A stretch of 61,069 bases of DNA, filler included. It is 5 parts of 5 records of this genome, joined end to end, with 100 filler letters (N's around TTAATTAATTAA, not from the genome) between each part and the next. Parts side by side here need not be neighbours in the genome. Positions count along the whole stretch, not along the records: positions 16,928 to 31,250 come from SRR20825010_6774; 4 more parts are not named here. One strand, given 5' to 3'. The position numbers and the translations under genes are program-made. Positions within the stretch are counted from its first letter, which is position 1, and each line of letters opens with the position of its first letter. Positions 17,153-28,978 of the stretch are shown here, piece by piece. Under the pieces are notes generated by a model. It did not search any database and was not told the DNA's origin. It saw only the letters and a program-made list of their open reading frames with translations.

Positions 17153-19318
17153 TTAGTTCAGGCTGGCCAAAAGCGCCTTGGCCTTGCGAACCTGATCCAC
17201 ATCGCCCTTGTTGACAATCTCGTTCAGCAATTCCTTGGCTCCGTCCGCATCGCCAATTTCAACGTAAGCACCTGCCAAATCCAGTTTGGTGGCCACTTCC
17301 TGCCAGGTTGCATCGTCAACCTTGGGGTTGGGCACATCCACGTCCAGTTCTACCATGGCCTGATCAAAATCCGATTCAGGCACTGTATCTGCGACCAACC
17401 CAGCCTTTGAACTGACTTGATCCTCGCTTGGTGCAGCCTCGGGCAACTCCGCGTCAACCAAATCATCGAAAGCATCAGAAACCTCTTTCTCATCAGCCTG
17501 ATGTCCGGGCAAAGGCTGCTTGCGAATTTGATCCAGCTCTTCCTGTGCAGACAAAGCACCCTTCTCCAACATGTCCAGATCGTCGAAAATCGGATTTTCT
17601 TTCTCAAGCACTGGCTCATCTTCGGGGAAATCGAGCTTGACATCGCTGCTCAACGAGTCAGCTTGCTGCATGGCTTCTTCAGATTCATCTTTCAGCTCAG
17701 GAATGTCATCGACGGGTTCGGGCTCTGCCTGAACCACCGGCTCAACAATCTGCGTAACTTCGTTCTGTGGCTCGACGGGCTTCAAGCGCTCATTAAGCAC
17801 TTCATCCAGGTCAAAGTCTGAACTTTCAGACTTGTTCAAGCCAATTGCTTTTTCTTCGGCAACACCAGCGCTAGCCGCGGCAACGGCTTCATCAAACTCT
17901 TTGATCTCGCTGAAATCCAGCTCGTCGTCCTGCCCGGAGTCTTCATCATCCTGTTTTTTGTTGCGGCGCGCGCGCGCAATCAGCAACAACACCAGCAACA
18001 CCGCCAAACCACCTGCACCAGCAAGCAGCCAGGGCATCCAGTCAAAAGGCGCATCTTCTTGTGCCGGGGTTTCAACAACCGGGGGCTCTACGCCTTCGCC
18101 TGCCTCACCATCAGGGGCCGTGGTTTGCTCAGCTTCTTCAGACAGGGTTTCAGAAGGCACGTCGACCGGAGCAGCACTGTCTTCCAGGGCCACACCATCT
18201 GAAGTACCCTCTGCGGCATTGCCCGGAACCGCAGATTCATCGGTACCCACATCATTTTGCATATCGAGCAAACGCTGCAAATCGCTAACATTCTTTTCCA
18301 GCAATGCAATGCGTTCATTGGCTTCGGAAAGTGCTTTGCTTTTGGCCAGCAATTCTTCTGCACTGGCATCAGCACTGCCACCGCCCTGTGCTGCACCGGG
18401 TGCAATTTGCAGGCGGTCAGACTGCACAGCATTGCCTTCAGCAGGCTTTTCCTGCGGGGCGATGCTACCCTGTGAACTGGTGGATGCAGCGGCAGTGCTT
18501 TGATTGTCGACAGTCAACAACCCAATTTGACGCGCATACGCTGAATACACATTCCGATCGTCGTTCTGGGCAAGAATCAGCAGCGCTTCATTGGCCGACC
18601 GCGCGCGCAGGGCAGCACGGTTGGGCACCTGGAGTTGAGCCCCTTCACGGATCAAATGCACACTGCCGTTGATGAATGAATCCTTGTTGGCTTCGTAAAG
18701 CGCAGCCATGGCCTGATTCAGCGTGACGCCATCGCCCACAAGCTCCAGCGCCAACTCCGACAAGGTGTCACCACGCACAATTTGCCGTGTACCTTCAAGT
18801 GCCAGCGTGGCTGTGGGCTTGGGGGCCTGCTGTACCACTGGTGGTGCCTCTTTTGGCGGTGCCATGGGGGGGCGAATTTCTGGCAAACGGGTAACCGGCT
18901 GTTCCGCTTTGGCCTGCCCAACCGGAATGGTCAAGGTGTATTCGCGAGCAACGCGACCACCTGCCCAGGTCAATTCCACAAGCGTATCGATAAAGCCTGC
19001 TGGCAAGGGTTGTGCAGAGGTAATTTTGACCAGTGCCGTACCCGGCTGAGTACCTTCTTGAACCGCAAACTGCAGATTTTTCAGATTGGGGTCCATCGTC
19101 AGACGGGCAGCCTTGAACGCTTCCGCAGACGCCAGCTTGGCCTGCAGCGATGCACGTTCTTCCGGCAACACCAGATCAACCTGAATTTGTGCCAGGAACG
19201 GTTCGCCCGCCCCAGAAAGTACTTCCAGCTTGCCGAGCTGCGCAGCCTGCGCGAGAGAGCTTGCCAACAATCCTGATGCAAAAACAAAGGGCAGAATCTT
19301 TCTTTTGGTATGCCTCAC
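17153..19318 (-). CDS. fimV: FimV/HubP polar landmark protein
   Basis: Signal peptide, LGKLEVLSGAGEPFLAQI, LysM-like RGDTLSELA, one TM segment, acidic linker, C-terminal EVATKLDLAGAYVEIGDADGAKELL; asd-fimV-truA synteny. Confidence 0.88.
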   Translation of the reverse strand: MRHTKRKILPFVFASGLLASSLAQAAQLGKLEVLSGAGEPFLAQIQVDLVLPEERASLQAKLASAEAFKAARLTMDPNLKNLQFAVQEGTQPGTALVKITSAQPLPAGFIDTLVELTWAGGRVAREYTLTIPVGQAKAEQPVTRLPEIRPPMAPPKEAPPVVQQAPKPTATLALEGTRQIVRGDTLSELALELVGDGVTLNQAMAALYEANKDSFINGSVHLIREGAQLQVPNRAALRARSANEALLILAQNDDRNVYSAYARQIGLLTVDNQSTAAASTSSQGSIAPQEKPAEGNAVQSDRLQIAPGAAQGGGSADASAEELLAKSKALSEANERIALLEKNVSDLQRLLDMQNDVGTDESAVPGNAAEGTSDGVALEDSAAPVDVPSETLSEEAEQTTAPDGEAGEGVEPPVVETPAQEDAPFDWMPWLLAGAGGLAVLLVLLLIARARRNKKQDDEDSGQDDELDFSEIKEFDEAVAAASAGVAEEKAIGLNKSESSDFDLDEVLNERLKPVEPQNEVTQIVEPVVQAEPEPVDDIPELKDESEEAMQQADSLSSDVKLDFPEDEPVLEKENPIFDDLDMLEKGALSAQEELDQIRKQPLPGHQADEKEVSDAFDDLVDAELPEAAPSEDQVSSKAGLVADTVPESDFDQAMVELDVDVPNPKVDDATWQEVATKLDLAGAYVEIGDADGAKELLNEIVNKGDVDQVRKAKALLASLN

Positions 19319-19379
19319 CCGCTTACTCCATGAATGTTCAAGCCACGCTCGGCAGCTGTTGGGTCAATATCGATGCAGC

Positions 19380-20504
19380 TTAGCGTTCAATCAAAATACG
19401 CAGCATGCGGCGCAATGGTTCTGCAGCACCCCACAGCAGTTGATCACCTACGGTGAACGCGCTCAGGTATTCGCCGCCCATGGCCATTTTACGCAGACGG
19501 CCCACAGGAACATGCATGCGACCAGTTACCGCCGCTGGGGTTAAATCGCGCATCGATGCATCACGTTCGTTGGGCACCACTTTAACCCAATCATTGGCTG
19601 TGGCAAGCATGTCATTGATCTCATTCAATGGAATGTCTTGCTTCAGCTTGATGGTCAAGGCCTGTGAATGACAACGCATGGCACCTACGCGCACGCAAAG
19701 GCCATCCACCGGCACACAACCCGGTGCGCCCATCGCAGGTTTGCCCAAAATCTTGTTGGTTTCTGCGCCGCCTTTCCATTCTTCCTTGGACTGACCATTG
19801 CCCAGGTCTTTGTCGATCCAGGGAATCAGGCTGCCACCCAGAGGCACGCCAAAGTTGTCAGTGGGATATGCACCGGAATTGATGTGCTGGGCAACCTTGC
19901 GGTCAATTTCCAGGATGGCAGAGGCAGGATCGGCCAACAGGTCTTTGACTGAACCGTGAATGCTGCCCATCTGGGAAATCAGCTCGCGCATATTTTGCGC
20001 GCCTGCACCCGAAGCTGCCTGATAGGTCATGGAAGTGATCCAATCGATTTTGTCATTCTGGAACAAACCACCCAAGGCCATCAGCATCAGCGACACGGTG
20101 CAATTGCCACCCACGTAATTTTTGATGCCTTTGGTCAGGCCATCCTTGATCACGTTCATGTTCACGGGGTCGAGAATGATAATGGCATCGTCTTTCATGC
20201 GCAGGCTGGAAGCCGCGTCAATCCAGAAGCCGTTCCACCCTGCTTCGCGCAGCTTGGGAAATACCTCATTGGTGTAATCACCGCCCTGGCAGGTCAACAC
20301 CACATCCATTTGTTTCAAGGCGTCAATGTTGTTTGCGTCTTGCAGTGGGCCTGCGTTGCCAGCGAAGGCTGGGGCCTTGCCACCAGCATTGGAAGTGGAG
20401 AAGAAAATCGGCTCGAAGTGCGCGAAATCGTTCTCTTCCTGCATGCGTTGCATGAGCACGGAACCCACCATGCCACGCCATCCAACCAAACCAACTTTCA
20501 ACAT
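19380..20504 (-). CDS. asd: Aspartate-semialdehyde dehydrogenase
   Basis: [40 protein letters not shown]. Confidence 0.97.
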   Translation of the reverse strand: MLKVGLVGWRGMVGSVLMQRMQEENDFAHFEPIFFSTSNAGGKAPAFAGNAGPLQDANNIDALKQMDVVLTCQGGDYTNEVFPKLREAGWNGFWIDAASSLRMKDDAIIILDPVNMNVIKDGLTKGIKNYVGGNCTVSLMLMALGGLFQNDKIDWITSMTYQAASGAGAQNMRELISQMGSIHGSVKDLLADPASAILEIDRKVAQHINSGAYPTDNFGVPLGGSLIPWIDKDLGNGQSKEEWKGGAETNKILGKPAMGAPGCVPVDGLCVRVGAMRCHSQALTIKLKQDIPLNEINDMLATANDWVKVVPNERDASMRDLTPAAVTGRMHVPVGRLRKMAMGGEYLSAFTVGDQLLWGAAEPLRRMLRILIER

Positions 20505-20547
20505 AAAAAACTCCAGTACTTTTAAATTCTTGAATTACGGCGGCTCA

Positions 20548-21642
20548 TCACGCTTGCTTGGCCAAGGCTGCAACGATCGCGTCGCCCATGCCGGTAGTGC
20601 CTGTGCGTACTTTGCCATCACGCCAAATGTCACCAGTGCGTGGCCCTGTGGCCAACACGGCTTTCACCGCATTTTCGATGCGCGTGGCGTATTCTTCAAG
20701 GCCAAAGGTGTAGCGCAACATCATGGCTGCAGACAACACCGTGGCCATGGGATTGGCCAGGTCTTTTCCGGCAATATCAGGCGCAGAACCGTGAATGGGT
20801 TCATACAGACCAAAATTCGACTCATTTAACGAAGCCGATGGCAGCATGCCAATGGAGCCCGTCAACATGGACGCTTCGTCTGACAAAATATCACCGAACA
20901 GGTTGCCTGTGACAATGACGTCAAACTGCTTTGGATTTTTCAACAACTGCATGGCGCAGTTGTCCACGTACATGTGGCTTAGCTCAACGTCGGTGTATTC
21001 CTGGCCAACTTCGGTCACAATGTCGCGCCAAAACTGGGTGGTTTCCAGCACATTGGCCTTGTCCACAGAACACAGTTTTCCACCACGTTTTTTCGCGGCC
21101 TGAAAGGCCACATGCGCAATGCGGCGAATCTCGGTTTCGGCGTAACGCATGGTGTCGAATGCTTCGCGCTCGCCCTTGAAAGGTCCGTCTTCAGCTATTC
21201 GGTTACCGCGTGGGGTGCCGAAGTAAATATCGCCGGTCAGTTCACGAACAATGAGAATGTCCAGACCTGCCACCACTTCAGGCCGCAAGGTAGAGGCATC
21301 AGCCAGCTCTTCGTAAACCATCGCTGGGCGGAAATTGGCGAACAGGTTCAACGCCTTGCGAATACCAAGAATGGCTTGCTCGGGGCGCAGGTGACGTGGC
21401 AGCGTATCCAGCGAAAAATCACCCACAGCACCAAACAGCACCGCATCGGAGGCCTTGGCCAGAGCCACGGTTTCTTCGGGCAATGGCACACCTTTTTCGC
21501 GATACGCCACACCGCCAATCAGTGCATGCTCGAATTCTATGTTCAAGCCATCCGTTCTAAGGGCTTCAAGCACTTTCACAGCTTGCGCTGTGATTTCGGG
21601 GCCAATGCCGTCACCGGGCATCACGGCAATTTTTAAAGTCAT
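20548..21642 (-). CDS. leuB: 3-isopropylmalate dehydrogenase
   Basis: Start trimmed to [51 protein letters not shown]. Confidence 0.97.
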   Translation of the reverse strand: MTLKIAVMPGDGIGPEITAQAVKVLEALRTDGLNIEFEHALIGGVAYREKGVPLPEETVALAKASDAVLFGAVGDFSLDTLPRHLRPEQAILGIRKALNLFANFRPAMVYEELADASTLRPEVVAGLDILIVRELTGDIYFGTPRGNRIAEDGPFKGEREAFDTMRYAETEIRRIAHVAFQAAKKRGGKLCSVDKANVLETTQFWRDIVTEVGQEYTDVELSHMYVDNCAMQLLKNPKQFDVIVTGNLFGDILSDEASMLTGSIGMLPSASLNESNFGLYEPIHGSAPDIAGKDLANPMATVLSAAMMLRYTFGLEEYATRIENAVKAVLATGPRTGDIWRDGKVRTGTTGMGDAIVAALAKQA

Positions 21643-21664
21643 TCTCTTTCTCGAACTGTCGCTG

Positions 21665-22306
21665 TTAAATGGTGTTGGCCAACCAGGGCTGCTGGGACAA
21701 ACGATTCTTTTCATAGGCGATAATTTCATCGCGGTGCTGCAGGGTCAAACCAATGTCGTCAAAACCATTCATCAGGCAGTGCTTGCGAAACGCATCCACA
21801 TTGAAGTTATAGTTTTTCCCGGCAATACCCACGGTCTGGTTTTCAAGGCTTACAGTCATTTCAATACCAGGTTTTGCATCAATTACCGCAAAAACCTCTT
21901 TCACTTCATCTTCTTTTAAAACAATGGGCAAGAAGCCATTCTTAAAGCAATTGTTGAAGAAAATGTCGGCAAAACTGCTTGAAATGACAGCCTTGAAACC
22001 ATATTGCTGAAGGGCCCAGGGCGCGTGCTCTCGCGATGAACCACAACCGAAGTTGGGGCCAGCCACCAACACGGTGCCACCCTGAAACTCAGCCCTGTTC
22101 AGCTCGAAATCAGGATTCAACGGACGCTTAGTGCAATCCACACCTGGCTCACCTTCATCCAGATAACGCCATCCGTCAAACAGATGTTCGCCAAAACCCG
22201 TGCGCTTGATACTTTTCAAGAACTGTTTCGGGATGATTGCGTCGGTGTCCACATTGGCGCGATTCAACGCGACAGCAATGCCGGTGTGGGTTACAAATTT
22301 GTCCAT
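21665..22306 (-). CDS. leuD: 3-isopropylmalate dehydratase small subunit
   Basis: [36 protein letters not shown]. Confidence 0.97.
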   Translation of the reverse strand: MDKFVTHTGIAVALNRANVDTDAIIPKQFLKSIKRTGFGEHLFDGWRYLDEGEPGVDCTKRPLNPDFELNRAEFQGGTVLVAGPNFGCGSSREHAPWALQQYGFKAVISSSFADIFFNNCFKNGFLPIVLKEDEVKEVFAVIDAKPGIEMTVSLENQTVGIAGKNYNFNVDAFRKHCLMNGFDDIGLTLQHRDEIIAYEKNRLSQQPWLANTI

Positions 22307-22323
22307 AATTGATCCGTCAATGA

Positions 22324-22461
22324 TTACTTCTTGTTTTCGTCAGCAGAGCGTTCAATGGCTTGACCACCCGCCTTGATGTCTTTACCCATGCCTTCAATCG
22401 TGTTGCAGGCAGACAGGGACAGAGCAGACAAAGCCAACAACAATACGGAAACGATCTTCAT
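22324..22461 (-). CDS. Entericidin A/B family lipoprotein (45 aa; not in ORF track)
   Basis: [45 protein letters not shown]: lipobox LSAC, NTxxGxGxD motif, AAGGAG RBS. Confidence 0.9.
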   Translation of the reverse strand: MKIVSVLLLALSALSLSACNTIEGMGKDIKAGGQAIERSADENKK

Positions 22462-22479
22462 ATCAAACACTCCTTTGTT

Positions 22480-23880
22480 TTAGAAATTTCTGGAATCAGT
22501 GAAATGGCCTGCAATCGCTGCCGCAGCCGCCATGGCTGGGCTGACAAGGTGTGTACGGCCTCCAGCACCCTGACGTCCTTCAAAATTCCGGTTGCTGGTG
22601 GACGCACAACGTTCACCGCTGCCCAAACGGTCGGCATTCATCGCCAAACACATGGAGCAACCTGGCTCACGCCACTCAAAGCCAGCTTCCAGAAATATTT
22701 TGTCCAGACCTTCTTGCTCGGCCTGGGCTTTCACCAAACCGGAACCGGGAACCACCATGGCCAATTTCACCGAATTGGCCTTTTTCTTGCCTTTCACCAC
22801 GGCTGCGGCATCGCGCAGGTCTTCAATGCGCGAATTGGTGCAAGAACCGATGAACACCGTGTCAATCGTGATGTCCTCAATTTTCTGCAAGGGCTTCAAT
22901 CCCATGTATTGCAGTGCGCGCTCGTAGCCTTGACGCTTGACGGGATCAGCCACACCAGCGGGGTCAGGCACCACACCATGGACATCGGTCACCATTTCTG
23001 GCGACGTTCCCCAGCTAACCTGGGGTTCAATGTCTTCGGCTTTCAGTTCAACAACATGGTCAAACTGTGCGCCGTCGTCGGAATGCAAGGTTTTCCAGTA
23101 AGCCACTGCCGTGTCCCACATCTCGCCCTTGGGGCTGAACGGGCGACCTTTCACGTACTCAATTGTTTTGTCGTCCACGGCGACCACACCTGAACGTGCC
23201 CCACCTTCAATGGCCATGTTGCACATGGTCATGCGGCCTTCAACGGACAAACCGCGAATGGCCGAACCTGCAAATTCAATGGCGTAACCGGTACCACCAG
23301 CGGTACCAATTTTGCCAATGATGGCCAGAATGACGTCTTTGGCAGACACACCTTTGCCCAAGGTGCCCTCGACGCGCACCAGCATGTTTTTTGCTTTTTT
23401 CATCAGCAAACACTGCGTGGCCATGACGTGCTCAACTTCCGATGTACCAATGCCAAACGCCAGTGCGCCAATGGCGCCATGCGTGCTGGTGTGTGAATCG
23501 CCACACACCACGGTCATGCCGGGCAAAGTTGCGCCTTGTTCAGGGCCGATCACGTGAACAATGCCCTGGCGCAGGTCTTGAATATCGAAGTAAGTCAAAC
23601 CGTAGGCTTTGGCGTTTTTATCCAGGGTTTCAACTTGCAAACGCGACGTAGGGTCGGCGATGCCCTTGGATCGATCCGTGGTGGGCACATTGTGGTCTAC
23701 CACCGCCAGGTTGGCGCTGTTGCGCCACAGGTCGCGCCCGGCCAACTCCAGGCCTTCGAAGGCTTGGGGGCTGGTGACCTCGTGCAGCAAATGGCGATCG
23801 ATGTAAATCAGTGAAGTGCCGTCCCCTTCGGTACGCACTACATGACTTTCCCAGAGTTTGTCGTAAAGAGTTTTTGCCAT
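22480..23880 (-). CDS. leuC: 3-isopropylmalate dehydratase large subunit
   Basis: [54 protein letters not shown]. Confidence 0.97.
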   Translation of the reverse strand: MAKTLYDKLWESHVVRTEGDGTSLIYIDRHLLHEVTSPQAFEGLELAGRDLWRNSANLAVVDHNVPTTDRSKGIADPTSRLQVETLDKNAKAYGLTYFDIQDLRQGIVHVIGPEQGATLPGMTVVCGDSHTSTHGAIGALAFGIGTSEVEHVMATQCLLMKKAKNMLVRVEGTLGKGVSAKDVILAIIGKIGTAGGTGYAIEFAGSAIRGLSVEGRMTMCNMAIEGGARSGVVAVDDKTIEYVKGRPFSPKGEMWDTAVAYWKTLHSDDGAQFDHVVELKAEDIEPQVSWGTSPEMVTDVHGVVPDPAGVADPVKRQGYERALQYMGLKPLQKIEDITIDTVFIGSCTNSRIEDLRDAAAVVKGKKKANSVKLAMVVPGSGLVKAQAEQEGLDKIFLEAGFEWREPGCSMCLAMNADRLGSGERCASTSNRNFEGRQGAGGRTHLVSPAMAAAAAIAGHFTDSRNF

Positions 23881-23991
23881 TGTCAAAGCCCTGCTTGCAG
23901 CTAAATTGCCTAAGGAATAACCCCTTATTATGCCATAGCAGCCAACAGCCTTGCAGCACAGCCAGCAAGGCTGTACTGCAAATAATCGGTT

Positions 23992-24825
23992 TTACCGTTT
24001 CTTGGCCTGCTCGTACAAAGGCTGCACCCGAACAGAATAATCTTCCAGGTCACGCATGCGGTTTTCAGGCGAGGGGTGGGTTGACAACAACTCGGGGGGC
24101 GAACCTCCGCCCGCCTTGCCCATTTTCTGCCAAACGCTGATTGCTGCGCGCGGGTTATACCCCGCACGTGCAGCCAGTTCAACACCAATGCGATCGGACT
24201 CTACTTCATGCGAACGGCCATACGGCAAGGAAATGGCCACGTTGGCAGCCATGCCGGCCAAATCAGATGCACCGCGCGACAAACCAAAACCCACAGACAG
24301 CAAATCAAGCCCCACCGATGTGGCCAATTGCTGGGAAATTCGTTCCCTGCTGTGCTCGCGCAGGGCATGCGCAATTTCATGGCCCATGATGGCTGCAATC
24401 TCATCGTCGGTCAGTTGCAGCTTCTCGATCAGCGCTGAATAAAAAGCGATCTTGCCACCAGCCATGCACCAGGCGTTCAACTGATCAGACTCAAGCACAT
24501 TGACCTCCCATTTCCACTGGGGCGCATCCTGACGAAACGCCACGGTTTGTGGGATAAGGCGATTGGCAATTGCGCGCACCCTTGCCACCTGTTTGGCATC
24601 TTTGTTCAGCTTGCCTTCTTTTTGCGCCTTGGCAATAACATCTGCATAAGCTTTTGAAGCGGCGGCATCTACTTCAGCAGACGACACCAACACGAACTGC
24701 GAACGCTCAACACCCACAGCACCACCCGATGTGGTTTGCGTGGTCAAACAGGCGGCAAGCACCGTGCTTGAACATGCCAAAACCAAAGCCATTGAGGCAC
24801 GACGCTTAATGCCGGAAAACACCAT
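23992..24825 (-). CDS. M48 family metallopeptidase lipoprotein
   Basis: Lipobox LAAC; NAWCMAGGKI, GHEIAH, EVESDRIG, LSTHP. Confidence 0.92.
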   Translation of the reverse strand: MVFSGIKRRASMALVLACSSTVLAACLTTQTTSGGAVGVERSQFVLVSSAEVDAAASKAYADVIAKAQKEGKLNKDAKQVARVRAIANRLIPQTVAFRQDAPQWKWEVNVLESDQLNAWCMAGGKIAFYSALIEKLQLTDDEIAAIMGHEIAHALREHSRERISQQLATSVGLDLLSVGFGLSRGASDLAGMAANVAISLPYGRSHEVESDRIGVELAARAGYNPRAAISVWQKMGKAGGGSPPELLSTHPSPENRMRDLEDYSVRVQPLYEQAKKR

Positions 24826-24905
24826 ATTTTTTCACCTTTGATTGCCTTGAAAACCCGCTTGATAGAAACGGCAGCATGTCCTGCCCAGTTGACAGTTTCG
24901 ACAGT

Positions 24906-26087
24906 TTATCTCGACAAAAGTGCCCCGCCTGTACCGTTCTGGGCAATTGTAAAACGCAAACCCAAGGCCAAAGCCAGCAACCCGCTGACAGCAGCCATCC
25001 CAAAAGCACTGGCTGACCCACCCCATTCCCAGGCAAAGCGACCCAGCAAAGTTCCCGCTGAGCCGCCCAAACCATACGCAATGGTGGCATACATGGCCTG
25101 CCCGCGAACCACCAGGTTGACAGGCAAGTTTTCCCGAAGCCATGAAATGGTGGCAGTGTGGTGAGCCGCAAAGGTCAGTGCATGCAAACCTTGTGCGAAC
25201 ACCATGACCCAACCGAACTCGGGAAATGCGGCCGTTAATGCAAAGCGGAATGCGCAGGTTCCGAAACTGATACACAGCCAGGCATTCAACGACAAACGCT
25301 TGAAAAACCGGGTTTGCAGGGCAAAAAACACCACCTCGCACATGACGCCGAAGGCCCACAAACCACCAATGCTGAGTTCCGAATAATTGAACTCAAGCAA
25401 GTAAAGCGAGAAGTAGGCATAAAACACGCCATGCGCGAAAATCATGAAAAACGCCGCCAGCCAGAACATGGGCATGGGCCCCGGAAGCAGCAAACGCTTG
25501 AACCCGCTTCCCGTCAAACCAGGCATGTCGCCAACATGGGAAACACGTGGCGAATCGGGTGTGAATTTCAAAGCTGCACCAAACCCCAGCAGCAGCATGG
25601 CGCAGGCCCAAAACGGATAGGAAGCAAACCCGAATTGATCAGCCACGGCCCCAAAAACCAGTACAGCCACCACAAAACCGAGCGAACCGTACAAACGAAC
25701 CTTGCCGTACTGCCCAGTGCAACCAGCACAGCGTTCCATCGCGTAGGAATCGGACATCGGCACCAGCCCTGAAATGCTTAAATTCAGCAACAGCACCAGC
25801 ACGATCAGGTTTGAAGGTGTCTGCTGATTCAAAAATGCCAGCACTGCGAAGAAGAACCCCGCCAATGTGCCCGCACGAATCCAGCGCACACGGTTACCCG
25901 TGTGATCAGCCAGCCACCCCCAGGCAAAAGGACCCACAATCCGCATCAGCTGCATCATGCCCAAGGCCAGCGCAATCACATCCAGGCTGTGCCCGATCGA
26001 CTTCAGGTAAGGACCAAGAAAAGGTGAATACAGGCCGACAAATGCGAAATACGCTGCGTAGAAAAGCGCTAACCAGCCCTGTTGCAA
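24906..26087 (-). CDS. MFS transporter (MFS_1_like/HcaT-type)
   Basis: About 12 hydrophobic segments; WGWLADHTG, YGKVRLYGSLGF. Confidence 0.88.
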   Translation of the reverse strand: MQQGWLALFYAAYFAFVGLYSPFLGPYLKSIGHSLDVIALALGMMQLMRIVGPFAWGWLADHTGNRVRWIRAGTLAGFFFAVLAFLNQQTPSNLIVLVLLLNLSISGLVPMSDSYAMERCAGCTGQYGKVRLYGSLGFVVAVLVFGAVADQFGFASYPFWACAMLLLGFGAALKFTPDSPRVSHVGDMPGLTGSGFKRLLLPGPMPMFWLAAFFMIFAHGVFYAYFSLYLLEFNYSELSIGGLWAFGVMCEVVFFALQTRFFKRLSLNAWLCISFGTCAFRFALTAAFPEFGWVMVFAQGLHALTFAAHHTATISWLRENLPVNLVVRGQAMYATIAYGLGGSAGTLLGRFAWEWGGSASAFGMAAVSGLLALALGLRFTIAQNGTGGALLSR

Positions 26088-26113
26088 CTGCCCACCTGCT
26101 TCAATGTTGAAAA

Positions 26114-27220
26114 TTAATAATTTGAAATACCGGATGGAATTTGCGGTGTATCCACCTTCACATCACCACACTGCGCGCGGTGAACCAGCATGTGATCCAT
26201 GATCACCAAAGCCAGCATGGCTTCGGCAATCGGTGTAGCACGAATGCCTACACAAGGATCGTGGCGACCAAAGGTTTCCACCTCAATGGGATTGCCTGCC
26301 TTGTCGATCGACTTTCTGGGCAATCGAATGCTGGACGTGGGTTTGATCGCCATGCGCACTTCAATGTCTTGCCCAGTGGAAATGCCACCCAGAATACCGC
26401 CCGCATGGTTGGACCCAAAACCTTCAGGCGTCATTTCGTCGCCGTGCTCGGAACCCTTTTGAGCAATGCAGGCAAAACCCGCACCAATTTCAACTCCTTT
26501 CACGGCATTGATGCTCATCATGGCGTGGGCAATGTCAGCGTCCAGCTTGTCGTACAAAGGCGCACCCAAACCAACGGGCACACCGGTCGCCTGCACGCGC
26601 AAGCCTGCGCCGCAAGAATCGCCCGACTTTCTCAGGGCATCCATGTAGGCTTCCAACTCGGCAACTGTGCTGTTGTTCGGTGCAAAAAACGGGTTCGCGT
26701 GCACGTCGTCCCAGGTGGCAAATGGAATATCAACTTCGCCAATCTGGGTCATGCAACCGCGAATTTGAACACCCAAATTGCCAAGCAGCCATTTCTTGGC
26801 AATGGCCCCTGCGGCCACCATGGGTGCGGTCATACGGGCCGAAGACCGGCCACCACCGCGGTAATCGCGAATGCCGTATTTGTGCCAGTAGGTGTAATCG
26901 GCATGGCCGGGGCGAAACGTGTCCATGATATTGCCGTAGTCTTTGCTGCGCTGATCCTGATTGCGGATCAGCAAGCCAATGGGGGCACCAGTGGTAATGC
27001 CCTCAAACACACCAGACAGTATTTCAACCTGGTCAGCCTCTTGGCGTTGGGTAACATGGCGCGACGTACCCGGCTTGCGGCGATCCAGGTCGGCCTGCAA
27101 ATCGGCTTCAGTCAGGGGCAATCCGGGTGGGCAGCCATCGACAACGCAGCCAATGGCTGGTCCATGGCTTTCCCCAAAATTACTGACCACAAAAAGGCGA
27201 CCCAGGCTACTTCCGGACAT
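26114..27220 (-). CDS. aroC: Chorismate synthase
   Basis: [37 protein letters not shown]. Confidence 0.98.
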   Translation of the reverse strand: MSGSSLGRLFVVSNFGESHGPAIGCVVDGCPPGLPLTEADLQADLDRRKPGTSRHVTQRQEADQVEILSGVFEGITTGAPIGLLIRNQDQRSKDYGNIMDTFRPGHADYTYWHKYGIRDYRGGGRSSARMTAPMVAAGAIAKKWLLGNLGVQIRGCMTQIGEVDIPFATWDDVHANPFFAPNNSTVAELEAYMDALRKSGDSCGAGLRVQATGVPVGLGAPLYDKLDADIAHAMMSINAVKGVEIGAGFACIAQKGSEHGDEMTPEGFGSNHAGGILGGISTGQDIEVRMAIKPTSSIRLPRKSIDKAGNPIEVETFGRHDPCVGIRATPIAEAMLALVIMDHMLVHRAQCGDVKVDTPQIPSGISNY

Positions 27221-27302
27221 GCGTATTCACTCGTTAGGCAAAACGTTATTTTATCGGAATATCCCGCGCCTGAGCAGCGCGGGCGCTGAGCACACGCGAT
27301 TG

Positions 27303-28346
27303 CTACTGAATCAATGTGGAATTGAAGCTGTGCAGCATCTGATTTCCAAGTGCATGGCCACTCAGAAACGCATCTTCAACACGGGCACCACTTAACCAAT
27401 CGCCGCATGCACCCAGCATGTGGCCTTCATCGAAATGGCACCGAATATCCAGGGGGTTGATCGGCAAGGAATACAACCAGCGGTGCGCCACCACGGCCAA
27501 AGGCTCTTCGACCAGTTGCCCTGTGACATTGCAAAACACGTCCAGCAACATTTTACTTACTTCTTCGCTGGAATAATCTTTGTGCTGCCCCGACCAATCT
27601 GCGGTGGCTTGCAACAGCCAGCGATCACCCACCGCCCTGCCGGGCTTGGAGGAATCACGGCAAATCCAGCCCAAGGGGCTGTCGACCACAAATGCCCCGT
27701 CAAAATCAACTTTCAAGGCTTCACGCGGGGTCAACATCAGCGCCCAAGTGACATTGGAATGAACACCCGCAGCCATAGTCGCCAAAGGTTCATGCACCCC
27801 ATCAAACAGGGGCACCACCTGCTCGGCAGGAACAGCACACACTACCGCATCAAAACCCGATTCAACCTGTACGGTTCCATCGGCCAAATGCAGGGTCAGT
27901 TGATATTTGTCGCCCAGGCGGCACACACCCGCCACTCGGGACTGAAGGCGAATATTCAAGCCCTGCGACATAAAACGGGCCAGGCTCGCCATGCCGGGCG
28001 TGCCCACCCAGCGCACCGTGTCGCTGGTGTGTAACTTGGTCAGGCCATAACCCAGATCAACAACCTTGCCGTTCCACTGCGCCACGGCACCTGCCGCTTC
28101 AGCCTGCGCAAGCAGATCCGAAAATGCGGGGGCAGTGGCCTGAAAATACTGCGTACCGTGATCGAAACCCACCGGCGGCTCAAGCTCTCGATTCAGCCAG
28201 CGCGTGGGCATGCGACCGCCCGGGCCACGGCTTTTCTCGAAAACATGCACATCGTGACCGTGCCGAACCAATTCCCGGGCACAAGCCAAACCGGCAATGC
28301 CTGCCCCAATAATCGCAATACGCTTTTTCACGTCGCTACCACTCAT
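27303..28346 (-). CDS. Renalase-like NAD(P)/FAD-dependent oxidoreductase
   Basis: IIGAGIAG, FEKSRGPGGRM, FDHGTQYF, AHRWLY, CGDW...VEDAFLSG. Confidence 0.88.
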   Translation of the reverse strand: MSGSDVKKRIAIIGAGIAGLACARELVRHGHDVHVFEKSRGPGGRMPTRWLNRELEPPVGFDHGTQYFQATAPAFSDLLAQAEAAGAVAQWNGKVVDLGYGLTKLHTSDTVRWVGTPGMASLARFMSQGLNIRLQSRVAGVCRLGDKYQLTLHLADGTVQVESGFDAVVCAVPAEQVVPLFDGVHEPLATMAAGVHSNVTWALMLTPREALKVDFDGAFVVDSPLGWICRDSSKPGRAVGDRWLLQATADWSGQHKDYSSEEVSKMLLDVFCNVTGQLVEEPLAVVAHRWLYSLPINPLDIRCHFDEGHMLGACGDWLSGARVEDAFLSGHALGNQMLHSFNSTLIQ

Positions 28347-28353
28347 TGACTAC

Positions 28354-28827
28354 TCAATTGCTGTTTTCTTCCATGGGCCAATCGCGAATATAACCTTTGA
28401 GCATCTTGTTCTCAAAGCCTTGCTCCTCCAGTACCGCCTTGGCCACATCGTGAAAAGAAATCACGCCACACAAGGTGCTGCCATCCATCACAGGCAAATA
28501 GCGCTGGTGGTTTTCCAGCATCAATTTGCGCAAGCTGTCCACTTCCATGTCGAGCGTGGCCACCGTTGGTGCCGGGTTCATGACTTCCCGCACTACGATT
28601 TCCGCCACGGGTGGCGTCGGTCCAGTGCGTTGTTCCTTCTGGCGCTTGGCCAGCACTCGAATTACTTCCCGGAAGGTCACAATGCCAGCCAGTTCACCCT
28701 TGTCCATCACCACCAGTGAACCCACATCATGATCGGCCATGGTTACCACGCAATCGGACAAATGAGTGTCAGGTGTCACTGTGAACAGCGTGTTTCCCTT
28801 GACTCGCAGCACTTCTTTGACTTGCAT
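28354..28827 (-). CDS. CBS domain protein
   Basis: Tandem CBS motifs: VGSLVVMD...GIVTFRE and RYLPVMD...GVISFHD. Confidence 0.9.
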   Translation of the reverse strand: MQVKEVLRVKGNTLFTVTPDTHLSDCVVTMADHDVGSLVVMDKGELAGIVTFREVIRVLAKRQKEQRTGPTPPVAEIVVREVMNPAPTVATLDMEVDSLRKLMLENHQRYLPVMDGSTLCGVISFHDVAKAVLEEQGFENKMLKGYIRDWPMEENSN

Positions 28828-28978
28828 CGCAAACCTCCTAGAATATTCTTATGACGTTTTTATTCATCCTACCCGAACTGGCAAAGCTTTCAAGTCTAAA
28901 TTTTTGCCCAGACACAGGCCAGAAGCGGCCAAGGCTGTAAACTAGAACGTACAAAAATAAACAAATGGAGACACCGAC

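Noticed and set aside
21643..21729. 29-aa N-terminal extension of LeuB in the ORF track
   Set aside because: It overlaps leuD; homology starts at MTLKIAV (21642)
22360..23193. 277-aa plus-strand ORF
   Set aside because: Antisense to leuC and the entericidin gene
26141..27289. 382-aa plus-strand ORF
   Set aside because: Antisense shadow of aroC with no recognisable motifs
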